64,000 nucleotides of DNA, taken from the NCBI GenBank assembly GCA_963841755.1, contig CAWJDX010000025.1, forward strand, positions 67,048 through 131,047. The letters are read 5' to 3'. This DNA is from an uncultured Candidatus Rokubacteria bacterium (lineage in GTDB: Bacteria > Methylomirabilota > Methylomirabilia > Rokubacteriales > CSP1-6). The translations under genes and the position numbers were made by a program. Each line of letters starts with the position of its first letter. Position 1 is the first letter of the stretch. Positions 32,011 through 40,710 of this stretch are shown here, piece by piece. A model generated the notes under the pieces. The model did no database searches and was not told where the DNA came from. It saw nothing but the letters and a program-made list of their open reading frames with translations.

Positions 32011-33105
32011 ATGCTCTCGCCCGCGTGTGCCGAGGCGACCGGGGCCCTGCTCTCGGCGCTGCTCGGCGCCCTCGATCGCGCGGAGTGGGTGCAGCGCCAG
32101 CTCTTTCCGCCCCAGGCCGGACGGCTCGCCCAGCAGCTCGCGCCGCACGCCGAGCGCCTGGCGGGGCCGCTCGCCGCCTTCGAGGCCCAGGCGTGGCCGG
32201 ACGATCTGCGATTCCTGCGCGAGCGGCTGGCCCAGGTGGCGCGCCAGGCCCTCGAGCTGATCGAGGCCTTCGGCGTCGCGGCCGCGACCGGCGAGCCGAT
32301 CGGGCTCTACCGCGCGCTGCGGCGCTTCGGCCCGCTGCAGGAGGCGCTCTACCCGCTGTACCCGGTGCTGGGGCCGGTCAGCCGGTGGTTCCTCGAGGCC
32401 GGCCGCCGCGACGACGACGACCTCGTGGAGCGCCTGCGCGCGGGCGCGCTCCGGGAGGACGGCGTGCGGAGCGGCATCCTGCACGCGCAGAACGACCGGG
32501 CCAGCCGCGGCGGGCTCTCGCTCTACGTGCCCGAGACGTCAGATGGCCGGAAGCAGGCGCCGCTGATCGTCGCGCTCCACGGCGGCAGCGGCCACGGGCG
32601 CGACTTCCTGTGGGCCTGGCTCCGCGAGGCGCGCACCCGCGGCGCGCTCCTGCTCTCGCCCACCGCCCAGGATCGCACCTGGTCGATCATGGGCGGCGAG
32701 GACGTCGACGCCCCGCGGCTCGTCGCCGCGGTGGAGGAGGTGGCGCAGCGCTACCCGGTCGACCGCTCGCGGGTGCTGCTCACCGGCATGTCGGACGGCG
32801 CCACCTACGCGCTGCTGGCCGGGCTCGCCGAGGACACGCCGTTCACCCACCTGGCTCCGGCCTGCGGGGTGCTGCATCCGTACCTGCTGGCCGAGGGCGG
32901 CATCCACCGCGCGCGCGGGCGACCGATCTACCTGGTCCACGGCGCGCTCGACTGGATGTTCCCGGTGGAGACCGCGCGGATGGCGCGGCGGGCGCTCGAG
33001 GGCGCGGGGGCGCGGGTGGTCTACCGCGAGATCGAGGACCTCTCCCACACCTATCCGCGCGACGAGAATCCGCGGATCCTCGACTGGCTGGGCGCCGCGG
33101 GCTAG
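32011..33105 (+). CDS. phospholipase/carboxylesterase-family alpha/beta hydrolase with ~170-aa helical N-terminal extension
   Basis: Intact 364-aa ORF. PLIVALHGGSGHG...LLTGMSDGA (GxSxG)...YLVHGALDWMFP...EDLSHTYP. Confidence 0.75.
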   Translation: MLSPACAEATGALLSALLGALDRAEWVQRQLFPPQAGRLAQQLAPHAERLAGPLAAFEAQAWPDDLRFLRERLAQVARQALELIEAFGVAAATGEPIGLYRALRRFGPLQEALYPLYPVLGPVSRWFLEAGRRDDDDLVERLRAGALREDGVRSGILHAQNDRASRGGLSLYVPETSDGRKQAPLIVALHGGSGHGRDFLWAWLREARTRGALLLSPTAQDRTWSIMGGEDVDAPRLVAAVEEVAQRYPVDRSRVLLTGMSDGATYALLAGLAEDTPFTHLAPACGVLHPYLLAEGGIHRARGRPIYLVHGALDWMFPVETARMARRALEGAGARVVYREIEDLSHTYPRDENPRILDWLGAAG

Positions 33106-33875
33106 CCCTCGCCCTGGGGGTTGAGCCAGGGGCACACGAAGCGCTCCACGAGGGAGACCGCCGCGAAGAGGACGATCGCCATCAGGGAGAGCAGGATCAT
33201 CGCGCTGAACGCGACCTCGGTCTTCCAGTACGAGGTGGACGAGAGGATCACGTAGCCGAGGCCCCGGTCCGAGCCCACGAACTCGCCCACCACCGCGCCG
33301 ATCACCGAGAGCGTGATCGCGACCTTGGCCCCCGCGAAGATGAACGGCAGGGCCATCGGCAGGCGCACCTTCATGAAGGTCTTGAACGCGCTCGCCCGGT
33401 AGGAGCGGCTCAGGTCGAGCAGCTCGGGCGGGGTGGCCGCGAGGCCGGTGGCGGTGTCCACCACCACCGGGAAGAACGCCACCAGGAAGGCCACCACCAT
33501 CTTCGGGACCTCGCCGTAGCCCAGGACCAGCAGCAGCACCGGGGCGATGGCGATCTTGGGCACCGACTGGGCCAGGATCACCAGCGGGTAGATCGCGGCG
33601 CGGAGCACCGGCGAGTAGACGATGAGCACCGCCAGCGGCACCCCCACCACCATGGAGAGGGCGAAGCCGCCGAGCGTCTCGTAGAGCGTCACCCACGTGT
33701 GGCCGATGAAGCGGTAGCGCCACTCCCAGCCCTCGCCGAGGATGGCCGACGGCGCGGGCATGATGAAGCGCGGGATGCGGAAGGCGTGCGTGGCGATCTC
33801 CCACGCGAGCAGCGCCGCGAGCAGGGTCGCGGCGGGGATGAGGGTCTCGCCCAGGAGCCGGCGCGCCGTCCTCAC
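33102..33875 (-). CDS. ABC transporter permease, NitT/TauT (nitrate/sulfonate/bicarbonate-type) family
   Basis: GTG 33875 overlaps the upstream TGA (GTGA). The 257-aa hydrophobic sequence ...LAQSVPKIAIAPVLLLVLGYGEVPKMVVAFLVAFFPVVV... is typical of the family. Confidence 0.85.
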   Translation of the reverse strand: MRTARRLLGETLIPAATLLAALLAWEIATHAFRIPRFIMPAPSAILGEGWEWRYRFIGHTWVTLYETLGGFALSMVVGVPLAVLIVYSPVLRAAIYPLVILAQSVPKIAIAPVLLLVLGYGEVPKMVVAFLVAFFPVVVDTATGLAATPPELLDLSRSYRASAFKTFMKVRLPMALPFIFAGAKVAITLSVIGAVVGEFVGSDRGLGYVILSSTSYWKTEVAFSAMILLSLMAIVLFAAVSLVERFVCPWLNPQGEG

Positions 33876-34640
33876 GGCCGCTCCTTCCGGCCCGAGAAGA
33901 TCAGCCCGCGCACCTCGTCGCTGTGGGCCTTGAAGCGCGGGTCGAACTCGAGGGCCATGGTGCGCGGGCGGGGGAGGTCGACCGTGATCATCCGCGCCAC
34001 GCGGCCGGGCCGCGGCGTCATCACGACCACGCGGTCCGCGAGCAGGATGGCCTCCGGGATCGAGTGGGTGACGAAGAGGATGGTCTTGCGCCGCTCCTCC
34101 CAGATGCGCAGCAGCTCGAGGCTCATCTCCTCCCGGGTCAGCGCGTCGAGGGCCCCGAAGGGCTCGTCCATCAGGAGCAGGCTCGGGTCGGGCAGCAGCG
34201 CGCGGCAGATGGCCACCCGCTGCTGCATGCCGCCGGAGAGCTCGCGCGGGTACTTGGTCTCGAAGCCGGCGAGCCCGGTCAGCTCCAGGAGATCGCCCGC
34301 CGGCTTGCGGTACTGGCGGGGATCGAGGCCGAGCATCTCCACCGAGAACAGGACGTTGTCGAGCACGCTGCGCCACGGCAGCAGCACCGGCTGCTGGAAG
34401 ACGAAGCCCACGTCCGGGAACGGCTCGCGCACCTCCTGGTCCCGCACCCGGATGCGGCCGCGGGTCGGGCGGCACGAGGCCCGCGACCAGCTTCAGCAGC
34501 GTGCTCTTGCCACAGCCGCTCGGCCCGACCAGGGTGACGAACTCGTTCTCCCCCACCGTGAGGGTCGTCTCGGCGAGGGCGTGGACCAGGTCGCCGGTGC
34601 GCGTGCGATAGGTCTTCTCGACCGAGTCGAGCCGGATCAC
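33872..34640 (-). CDS. ABC transporter ATP-binding protein, NitT/TauT family; frame broken near 34468
   Basis: GTG 34640 overlaps the upstream TGA. VIRLDSVEKTY...GPSGCGKSTLLKLVAGLVPP, then the +1 frame reads TRGRIRVRDQEVREPFPDVGFVFQQP...LSGGMQQR...LLLMDEPFGALD. Length is 1 mod 3. Confidence 0.85.
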
Positions 34641-36139
34641 GCGGAGGGCAAGGCCGCGGCGAAGCGATTGATGGGGAGCGGTGTGGTCACCGCGCCCCGG
34701 CACGCCGCCGCGACGAAGGGCGCGAGGCGCTCGGCCAGCGCCCACGCCTGGGCGCTCTGCCCGCGCTGGCGATCGGCCGCCGCCTGGGCCTGGGCGTAGA
34801 TGCGGTCCTCGTCGACGGTGGTCACGCGGCCGCGCTCCAGCACGACCCGGCCGTCCACCAGCACGGTGTCGATGGCCCCGCCGGTCTCCGCGTAGACCAG
34901 CGCCTTGACCGGGTCGGCCAGGGGACGCAGGAAGACCGAGTCCGCGCGCAGCAGGACCAGGTCGGCCTTGCGCCGGGGCGCCACCGCGCCCAGATCGCCG
35001 GCCTGGCCGAGCACCCGCGCGCTGCCGCTGGTGGCGAGGCCCCAGACGGTGTCCGCGTCGAGCCAGCGGGCGGTCTCGTGCGGGAAGCGAATCGTGCTGA
35101 TGACGGAGGCGATGCGGAGGGCCTCGAAGAGGTTCTGGTTGTCGGCGCAGACGGAGCCGTCGGTGCCGAGGCCCACCGCGACCCCGCGGTCGAGCATCTC
35201 GCGCACCGGCGCGATCCCGCAGCCCAGACGCAGGTTGCTGCCGGGATTGTGGGCGACGGCGGCGCCCGCGTCGGCCAGCATGCGCAGATCGTCGTCGGTG
35301 AGCCAGATCGAGTGCGCGCCCACGAAGCCGGGCCCGAGGATGCCGTGGTCGGCCAGGCGGGCCACGATGCTCTTGCCCCAGCGCCGCTGGCTCTCGACCG
35401 CCTGCACCTTGGATTCGGCCAGGTGGGTGTGGATGCCCACGCCGTACTCGCGGGCCAGCGCCGCGCAGCCGTCGAGGAACTCGTCGGTGGCCTGGTTCGG
35501 GATCGTCGGCGCGACCCCGATGCGCACGCGCCCGTCGGCCCCGCCGTGCCACCGGCGGATGGCCCGCTCGGTGAGGCCCAGCAGCCCCTTCGTCGGCGCG
35601 GGCTGCATCTCCTCGACCGTCCGCCGCAGGTCGGCCGGGAGCTGGTCGGCCAGGCCCGGGACGGTCTGGTAGAAGACGACGTCGGCGACCGCCGGGGCCA
35701 GCACCACCCGCACCCCCACGTCGGTGTAGGCGCGGACCACCGCCTCGAAGGCCTCGTCGGTGATCGCGGGCACCGCCATGTAGAGGTCGTAGGCCGACGT
35801 GCAGCCGGTCTTGAGCATCTCGATGGCCCCGACGGCGGCCGAGAGGTACTCGTCTTCCGGCGTCCTGAATCCATAGTTTGCCGCCGAGTGGGTGAGCAGG
35901 TCCTCGAGCGTCCAGCTCGCGGCCCGGCCCCGCGCCAGGTGGCTCGCGGCGTGGGTGTGGGCGTTGCCCATGCCCGGCAGCACGATGTGGCCGGAGGCGT
36001 CGACGACCGGGGTGCCTTCGGGGGCGGCGAGACCCGGCCCCACCGCGGCGATGCGATCACCCTCGACCAGCACGTCCGCTCGCGTCAGCGCGGCCGGCGT
36101 GCCGGCCAGGACCTGCCCTCCCCGGATCAGCAGAGCCAT
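34637..36139 (-). CDS. amidohydrolase (cytosine/guanine-deaminase, chlorohydrolase-like subfamily)
   Basis: Intact 500-aa ORF. MALLIRGGQVL...LPGMGNAHTHAASH (HxH)...HLAES...GTDG. Confidence 0.85.
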   Translation of the reverse strand: MALLIRGGQVLAGTPAALTRADVLVEGDRIAAVGPGLAAPEGTPVVDASGHIVLPGMGNAHTHAASHLARGRAASWTLEDLLTHSAANYGFRTPEDEYLSAAVGAIEMLKTGCTSAYDLYMAVPAITDEAFEAVVRAYTDVGVRVVLAPAVADVVFYQTVPGLADQLPADLRRTVEEMQPAPTKGLLGLTERAIRRWHGGADGRVRIGVAPTIPNQATDEFLDGCAALAREYGVGIHTHLAESKVQAVESQRRWGKSIVARLADHGILGPGFVGAHSIWLTDDDLRMLADAGAAVAHNPGSNLRLGCGIAPVREMLDRGVAVGLGTDGSVCADNQNLFEALRIASVISTIRFPHETARWLDADTVWGLATSGSARVLGQAGDLGAVAPRRKADLVLLRADSVFLRPLADPVKALVYAETGGAIDTVLVDGRVVLERGRVTTVDEDRIYAQAQAAADRQRGQSAQAWALAERLAPFVAAACRGAVTTPLPINRFAAALPSA

Positions 36140-36163
36140 CGGACGCCTCCGTGCTCCCGCGCC

Positions 36164-37225
36164 TTACTTCTTCGCGGGAAGCAGGTCGTTGGTGTAGATC
36201 TCCTCGAGGCCGACCTTCCGCTTCAGCTCGAGGTACTGGGTGTAGAGATCGCGGGTCTTCTCGAGCTGGGCCGGATCGAACTGCCCGACCGCCATCTTGC
36301 CGCTGGTGACCTCGCTCGCGTACACGAAGCGCGCGCCCACCTGGGCGGCGCCCACCGCGCCCTCCGTATCGACCTCGGGGTGCGCCTTGACCACGTAGCC
36401 CACGCCCTCGTCGAAATGCTTCTGCCGGAACGCGTAGTCCGCCCCCTTGAGGGTGGCGCGCAGGAAGGCCTTGAGCCCCTCGGGGTCCTTGGCGATGGTC
36501 TCCTCGCGCGCCACCAGGGAGGTCGAGGCCACGTCGAAGCCGAGGTCGGCCCACGCGGCCAGCACCCGGATGTCCGCGTTCTGCTGCTTGGCGATCTTGC
36601 GGATGCGCGCCTCGTGCACCACGAAGAAGGGCACCGCGTCGACCGCGCTGCGGATGAGCGCGGGCGGCATCGAGGCCGCGTCCATGGTGACCCAGGTCAC
36701 CGAGCCGGGCTTGAGGCCGGAGAGCTTCTCGAAGACCGGCCAGAGGATCTGATGGCTGTTGCCCGGCGAGATCGCGAGCTTCTTGCCCTCGAGCTCCTTC
36801 GAGGTCTTGATCGGCGAGTCGCCCCGCACGAAGACGCCGTGCGGGGGCCGGCGATACCAGAGCGCGATGGCCTTCACCGCCACGTCGGTGTTGGCGCGGG
36901 CCGCGATGAGGGCCGAGATGTCCGCGACGCCGACCTCGCCCTGGCCGGCCGCGATGCGCTTGACCGTGTCGCCCGAGCCCTGGCCCCGGAGAATCTTCAC
37001 GTCGAGGCCTTCTTCTCGGTAGTAACCCTTTTCCAGGGCGGTGTAGTGCGGGGTGTACTCACCGGTCGGAACGAAGTCGAGGATCAGCGTGTACGGGCGC
37101 AGCGGCTTCTGCTGGGCGCCGCCGCCCGCCGGCCAGAGCAGCGCCGCGGTGACGAGCAGGGCCCCGGCCAGGTACCGGGTCAGGTACCGGGTGAGCGACG
37201 GGCGAGTCGACCGGGTCATCGGCAT
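36164..37225 (-). CDS. ABC transporter substrate-binding protein, NMT1/THI5-SsuA-like
   Basis: Intact 353-aa ORF with an N-terminal hydrophobic signal (LAGALLVTAALLWPAGGGAQQ), upstream of the cognate ATPase/permease genes. Confidence 0.8.
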   Translation of the reverse strand: MPMTRSTRPSLTRYLTRYLAGALLVTAALLWPAGGGAQQKPLRPYTLILDFVPTGEYTPHYTALEKGYYREEGLDVKILRGQGSGDTVKRIAAGQGEVGVADISALIAARANTDVAVKAIALWYRRPPHGVFVRGDSPIKTSKELEGKKLAISPGNSHQILWPVFEKLSGLKPGSVTWVTMDAASMPPALIRSAVDAVPFFVVHEARIRKIAKQQNADIRVLAAWADLGFDVASTSLVAREETIAKDPEGLKAFLRATLKGADYAFRQKHFDEGVGYVVKAHPEVDTEGAVGAAQVGARFVYASEVTSGKMAVGQFDPAQLEKTRDLYTQYLELKRKVGLEEIYTNDLLPAKK

Positions 37226-37244
37226 TCTCCGTGGTGGTGGCGGG

Positions 37245-37871
37245 TCAAGCCGCGCCGGTCTCGGCCGGAGGCCGCGCGGCGAGGTCGTCGAGGTGCGCGA
37301 TGCAGTTGAGCAGCCGGACGCGCCACGTGGCAGCGCCCGCGGCCGATTGATCTAGAATGGTGACCGCGGTGTTCTCCCATCGCTCCGGGACCTCCGCGCC
37401 GTCGGGCAGGGTCAGGTGCCGGGCCGCGAGCGAGCGGCAGACGAGCCCGTGGGTGACCACGGCGAGGTGGCCGGGAGTCGCGGCGGCGGCCGCCTGCACG
37501 AGGGCCCAGGCGCGGTCCACGCGGGCGTGGAAGACCTCCCAGGTCTCCCCGTTGGGCGGCGCGTAGTCGGGCTCGAACATGTCGAAGCCCAGATCCGCGT
37601 AGGCCGTCCCGCGGATGTCGCCGAAGTTGCGCTCCTGGAGCAGGGGGTCGTGCCGGACCGCGACCCCGGTGACGCGCGCCAGCTGCTCCGCGGTCTGGGC
37701 CGCCCGGGCGTAGTCGCTGGCCAGGATCGCGGTGATCCCCTCTCGCTCGAGCCGCTTGGCGAGCCGCTCGGCCTGGGCGAGCCCCCGGGGCGACAGCGGG
37801 TTGTCGGGGAGCTGGACGGTGCGCGACGCGTTGCCGAGCGTCTCGCCGTGACGGATCAGGAAGATGGCCAT
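37245..37871 (-). CDS. histidine phosphatase family protein (phosphoglycerate-mutase-like)
   Basis: Intact 208-aa ORF beginning MAIFLIRHGETLGN (RHG catalytic motif). Confidence 0.85.
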   Translation of the reverse strand: MAIFLIRHGETLGNASRTVQLPDNPLSPRGLAQAERLAKRLEREGITAILASDYARAAQTAEQLARVTGVAVRHDPLLQERNFGDIRGTAYADLGFDMFEPDYAPPNGETWEVFHARVDRAWALVQAAAAATPGHLAVVTHGLVCRSLAARHLTLPDGAEVPERWENTAVTILDQSAAGAATWRVRLLNCIAHLDDLAARPPAETGAA

Positions 37872-37908
37872 GGGCTCTCGCGGTCGCGGGCGGCCGCGCC
37901 GGTCGCGC

Positions 37909-39105
37909 TCAGACCACGCGCTCGCGACGCAGCTCCGCGACCTGGGCCGGCGCGTACCCGAGCCCGGCCAGGATCTCGTCGGTGTGCTGGCCGAGCCGGG
38001 GCGCGGTCCGCCGCACCGCGACCGCGCTCCGCGACATGCGGATCGGGGTGCGGATGTGGGGCACGCGGCCCAGCTCCGCGTCGTCGGCGTGGACCACCAT
38101 CTCGCGGTGCTTCACCTGCGGGTCGGAGAAGAGCTGCTCGTAGTTGTAGACCGGGCCGCACGGAACCCCCGCGTCGTCGAGCACCTTGGTCCAGTGCGCG
38201 GTGGGTGCGGTGGCGAGCACCGCGACGATCTCCTTCTCGAGCGCGAAGCGGTTCTTGCGCCGCTCCGTCGCCTTGGCGAAGCGCGGGTCCGCGAGCCACT
38301 CCGGGTGGCCGAGCGCGCGGGCGCAGCGCTCCCAGATGGACTGCCCGGCCGCGCCGATCATCATGTAGCCGTCCTTGGTCTCGAAGCGCTGGTAGGGCGC
38401 GTTCTGGCGGTGGCGCGAGCCCATGCGCACCGGCTCCTGGTGATCGACCAGCCAGCCCGCGCTGGTCCACGAGGAGAAGGCCACCGCGGTCTCGAGCAGC
38501 GAGCACTCGATCTTCTGCCCCTGGCCGGTGCGGTGGCGCTCGCAGAGCGCGGCCAGGACGCCCTGGGCCCCCCACATGCCGGTGCCGAGGTCGCAGATCG
38601 GCAGGCCCACCGAGGTGGGCGGCCCGTCGGGCTCGCCGGTGACGTGCATGATGCCGCCCATGCCCTGGGCGATCAGGTCGAAGCCGCCCTTCTCGCGATA
38701 GGGGCCGTCGGAGCCGAAGCCCGAGAGCTGGGCGTAGATCAGGCGGGGGTTCGCCTCCCGCAGCACGTCCCAGCCGAGCCCGGCGCGCTCCATCACGGTC
38801 GCGCGATAGTTCTCCACCAGCACGTCCATCGACGGGAGCAGTCGGAGGAAGACCTCGCGCCCCCGCGCGCCCTTGTAGTCGAGGGTGAGGCTCTTCTTGT
38901 TGCGGTTGATGTAGCGGAAGTAGGGATTGCGCTCGGTGCCATCACCCATGCCTCGAGAGGAATCACCCGCGCCGGGGCGCTCGAGCTTGATCACCTCCGC
39001 GCCCATGTCGGCCAGGATCATGGTGCAGAAGGGGCCCGCCATGTGCTCGGTCATGTCGAGCACCTTCACGCCGTCGAGGGGGCCCCGCGCGTTCGTCTCA
39101 GCCAT
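37909..39105 (-). CDS. CoA transferase, family III (CaiB/BaiF-type), second copy
   Basis: Intact 398-aa ORF. LDGVKVLDMTEHMAGPFCTMILADMGAEVIKLE. Paralogous to 28790..29995. Confidence 0.9.
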   Translation of the reverse strand: MAETNARGPLDGVKVLDMTEHMAGPFCTMILADMGAEVIKLERPGAGDSSRGMGDGTERNPYFRYINRNKKSLTLDYKGARGREVFLRLLPSMDVLVENYRATVMERAGLGWDVLREANPRLIYAQLSGFGSDGPYREKGGFDLIAQGMGGIMHVTGEPDGPPTSVGLPICDLGTGMWGAQGVLAALCERHRTGQGQKIECSLLETAVAFSSWTSAGWLVDHQEPVRMGSRHRQNAPYQRFETKDGYMMIGAAGQSIWERCARALGHPEWLADPRFAKATERRKNRFALEKEIVAVLATAPTAHWTKVLDDAGVPCGPVYNYEQLFSDPQVKHREMVVHADDAELGRVPHIRTPIRMSRSAVAVRRTAPRLGQHTDEILAGLGYAPAQVAELRRERVV

Positions 39106-39625
39106 GGTCGGTCGTATCTCCGGCGATATCTCGCGCGTGGCCCAGGACGTGGGCCACCGCGATCTGGTGGAAGACGAGGGCCAGCGGGCCGACCACGCCG
39201 CCCGCCGAGCGGATGCGCCGGGCGAAGAGCGCCTCGTCGGCCGCCTCCACCGCCTGGATGGTCGCGGCGCGGTTCTTCTCGAACTCGGCGAGCAGCTCCG
39301 CCACCGTCAGGTGCTCGCGCTTGGCCACCTGGCGGTCGTTGTAGGAATCGTTGCCGCCCTTCATGGTCCGGGTGGGCGGGGCGGATTCCTCCGCCGGCGG
39401 CGTGCGGGCGATGTCGATCAGGCGCGGATAGCTCCACTCGATCGACGCGATGTGGGCCAGGATCTGCCGGCCGTTCCAGCCGCTCTCGTAGCGGCCCTCC
39501 TCGAGGCGGGCCGGCGGCAGCGAGGAGATCAGCGCCACGACCTCGTCGCGGCTCGATCGGAGCGCCCGCAGCAGCTCCGCCTTCGACGGAGCGGGAGTGT
39601 CGGCCGTCGCGTGGTAGTCGGCCAT
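39098..39625 (-). CDS. DinB-family (four-helix-bundle, metal-dependent) protein
   Basis: Intact 175-aa ORF. ...WNGRQILAHIASIEWSY...VFHQIAVAHVLGHARDI. His spacing is typical of the DinB/YfiT fold. It overlaps the next gene by 8 nt. Confidence 0.6.
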   Translation of the reverse strand: MADYHATADTPAPSKAELLRALRSSRDEVVALISSLPPARLEEGRYESGWNGRQILAHIASIEWSYPRLIDIARTPPAEESAPPTRTMKGGNDSYNDRQVAKREHLTVAELLAEFEKNRAATIQAVEAADEALFARRIRSAGGVVGPLALVFHQIAVAHVLGHARDIAGDTTDHG

Positions 39626-39656
39626 GGCGGGAGAATGGGGCCACGCGCGGAGGCTG

Positions 39657-40562
39657 TCAAGTCGCCCCCCGGTCGGCGCTCGCGCGGTCGGTGGCGCCGA
39701 TCGCGACGCCGCCCAGCACCAGGACGATCGCGACCACCAGCTGCACGGTCAGCGGCTCGCCGAGCCAGAGCGTCGCGGTGATCGCGCTCACCACCGGCGT
39801 GGCCAGCAGCCCGAGCGAGGTCGTGACCGCGGGCAGATGCCGGCTCGCGGTCGCCACCGCCCAGTAGGCGATCGCGGTGCCCACGATGCCCAGGTAGAGC
39901 AGCAGCACGGTGAACTCGGAAGTCCACTCGAGATGGGTCGGCGGGCCGGCCGCGAGCGCGATCGGCGCCAGCAGCACGGTCGCGAGCAGGGTCTCCCACG
40001 GGATCAGCGCGAACGGGGTGGAGCGCCAGCGGTGCGCGCGGATGTGCAGGATGCTGGCGGCCCAGAGCAGCGCGCCGGCCAGGATGGCCAGGTTGCCGAG
40101 GACCACCGCGCGGTCGCTCCAGTCGAAGGTGAGCGGGTTGAAGAGGGTCACGAGGCCGGCGAGGCCGACGAGCACCCCGACCACCCGGCGCGCGGTGAGC
40201 GGCTCGCGCAGGAAGAGGGCCGCGCCGGGGGTGACCCAGAGTGGCGTGGTGTAGGCCAGCACCACGGTGCGTCCGGTGGGCACGAGGCCCAGGCCCCAGC
40301 TCGCGAGGAGGTTGAAGCCCACCATGTGGAGCAGGGTGATGCTGATCAGCACCGGCAGATCCCCCGCCGGGGGCAGCGCCACCCGGCCGCGCCAGGCGGT
40401 GAGGGCGAAGAGGGCCACGGTGGCGATGGCCGAGCGCAGGGTCACCGCCCAGAGCGGCGAGAGGCTCAGGAGAATGACCTTGTTCACCGGCCAGGTGAGT
40501 CCCCAGGCGGAGACCACGATGAGCAGGGCCGCGATGCCCTGGCCACGAGCGGTCGAAGGCAC
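39657..40562 (-). CDS. DMT-superfamily transporter (EamA-like)
   Basis: Intact 301-aa ORF with about 10 hydrophobic segments in two internally similar halves. GTG start. Confidence 0.8.
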   Translation of the reverse strand: MPSTARGQGIAALLIVVSAWGLTWPVNKVILLSLSPLWAVTLRSAIATVALFALTAWRGRVALPPAGDLPVLISITLLHMVGFNLLASWGLGLVPTGRTVVLAYTTPLWVTPGAALFLREPLTARRVVGVLVGLAGLVTLFNPLTFDWSDRAVVLGNLAILAGALLWAASILHIRAHRWRSTPFALIPWETLLATVLLAPIALAAGPPTHLEWTSEFTVLLLYLGIVGTAIAYWAVATASRHLPAVTTSLGLLATPVVSAITATLWLGEPLTVQLVVAIVLVLGGVAIGATDRASADRGAT

Positions 40563-40678
40563 GATCAGCCGCGAGGCGGCGTGGCGGCGAGGGCGTGGGG
40601 CATCGGGCGCGATACTGCCGCGCGCCCGACCGTCGCGTCAAGGCGGCCCCGCGCCGCGCGGCGATGGTAAGATCGCGC

Positions 40679-40710
40679 CCAGAGAGGACACGCCCCAGAG
40701 AGGACACGCC
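40679..40710 (+). repeat. perfect 16-nt tandem duplication containing the ribosome-binding region of the next gene
   Basis: CCAGAGAGGACACGCC occurs twice back to back (40679..40694 and 40695..40710). The second copy ends at the base before ATG 40711. Confidence 0.9.
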
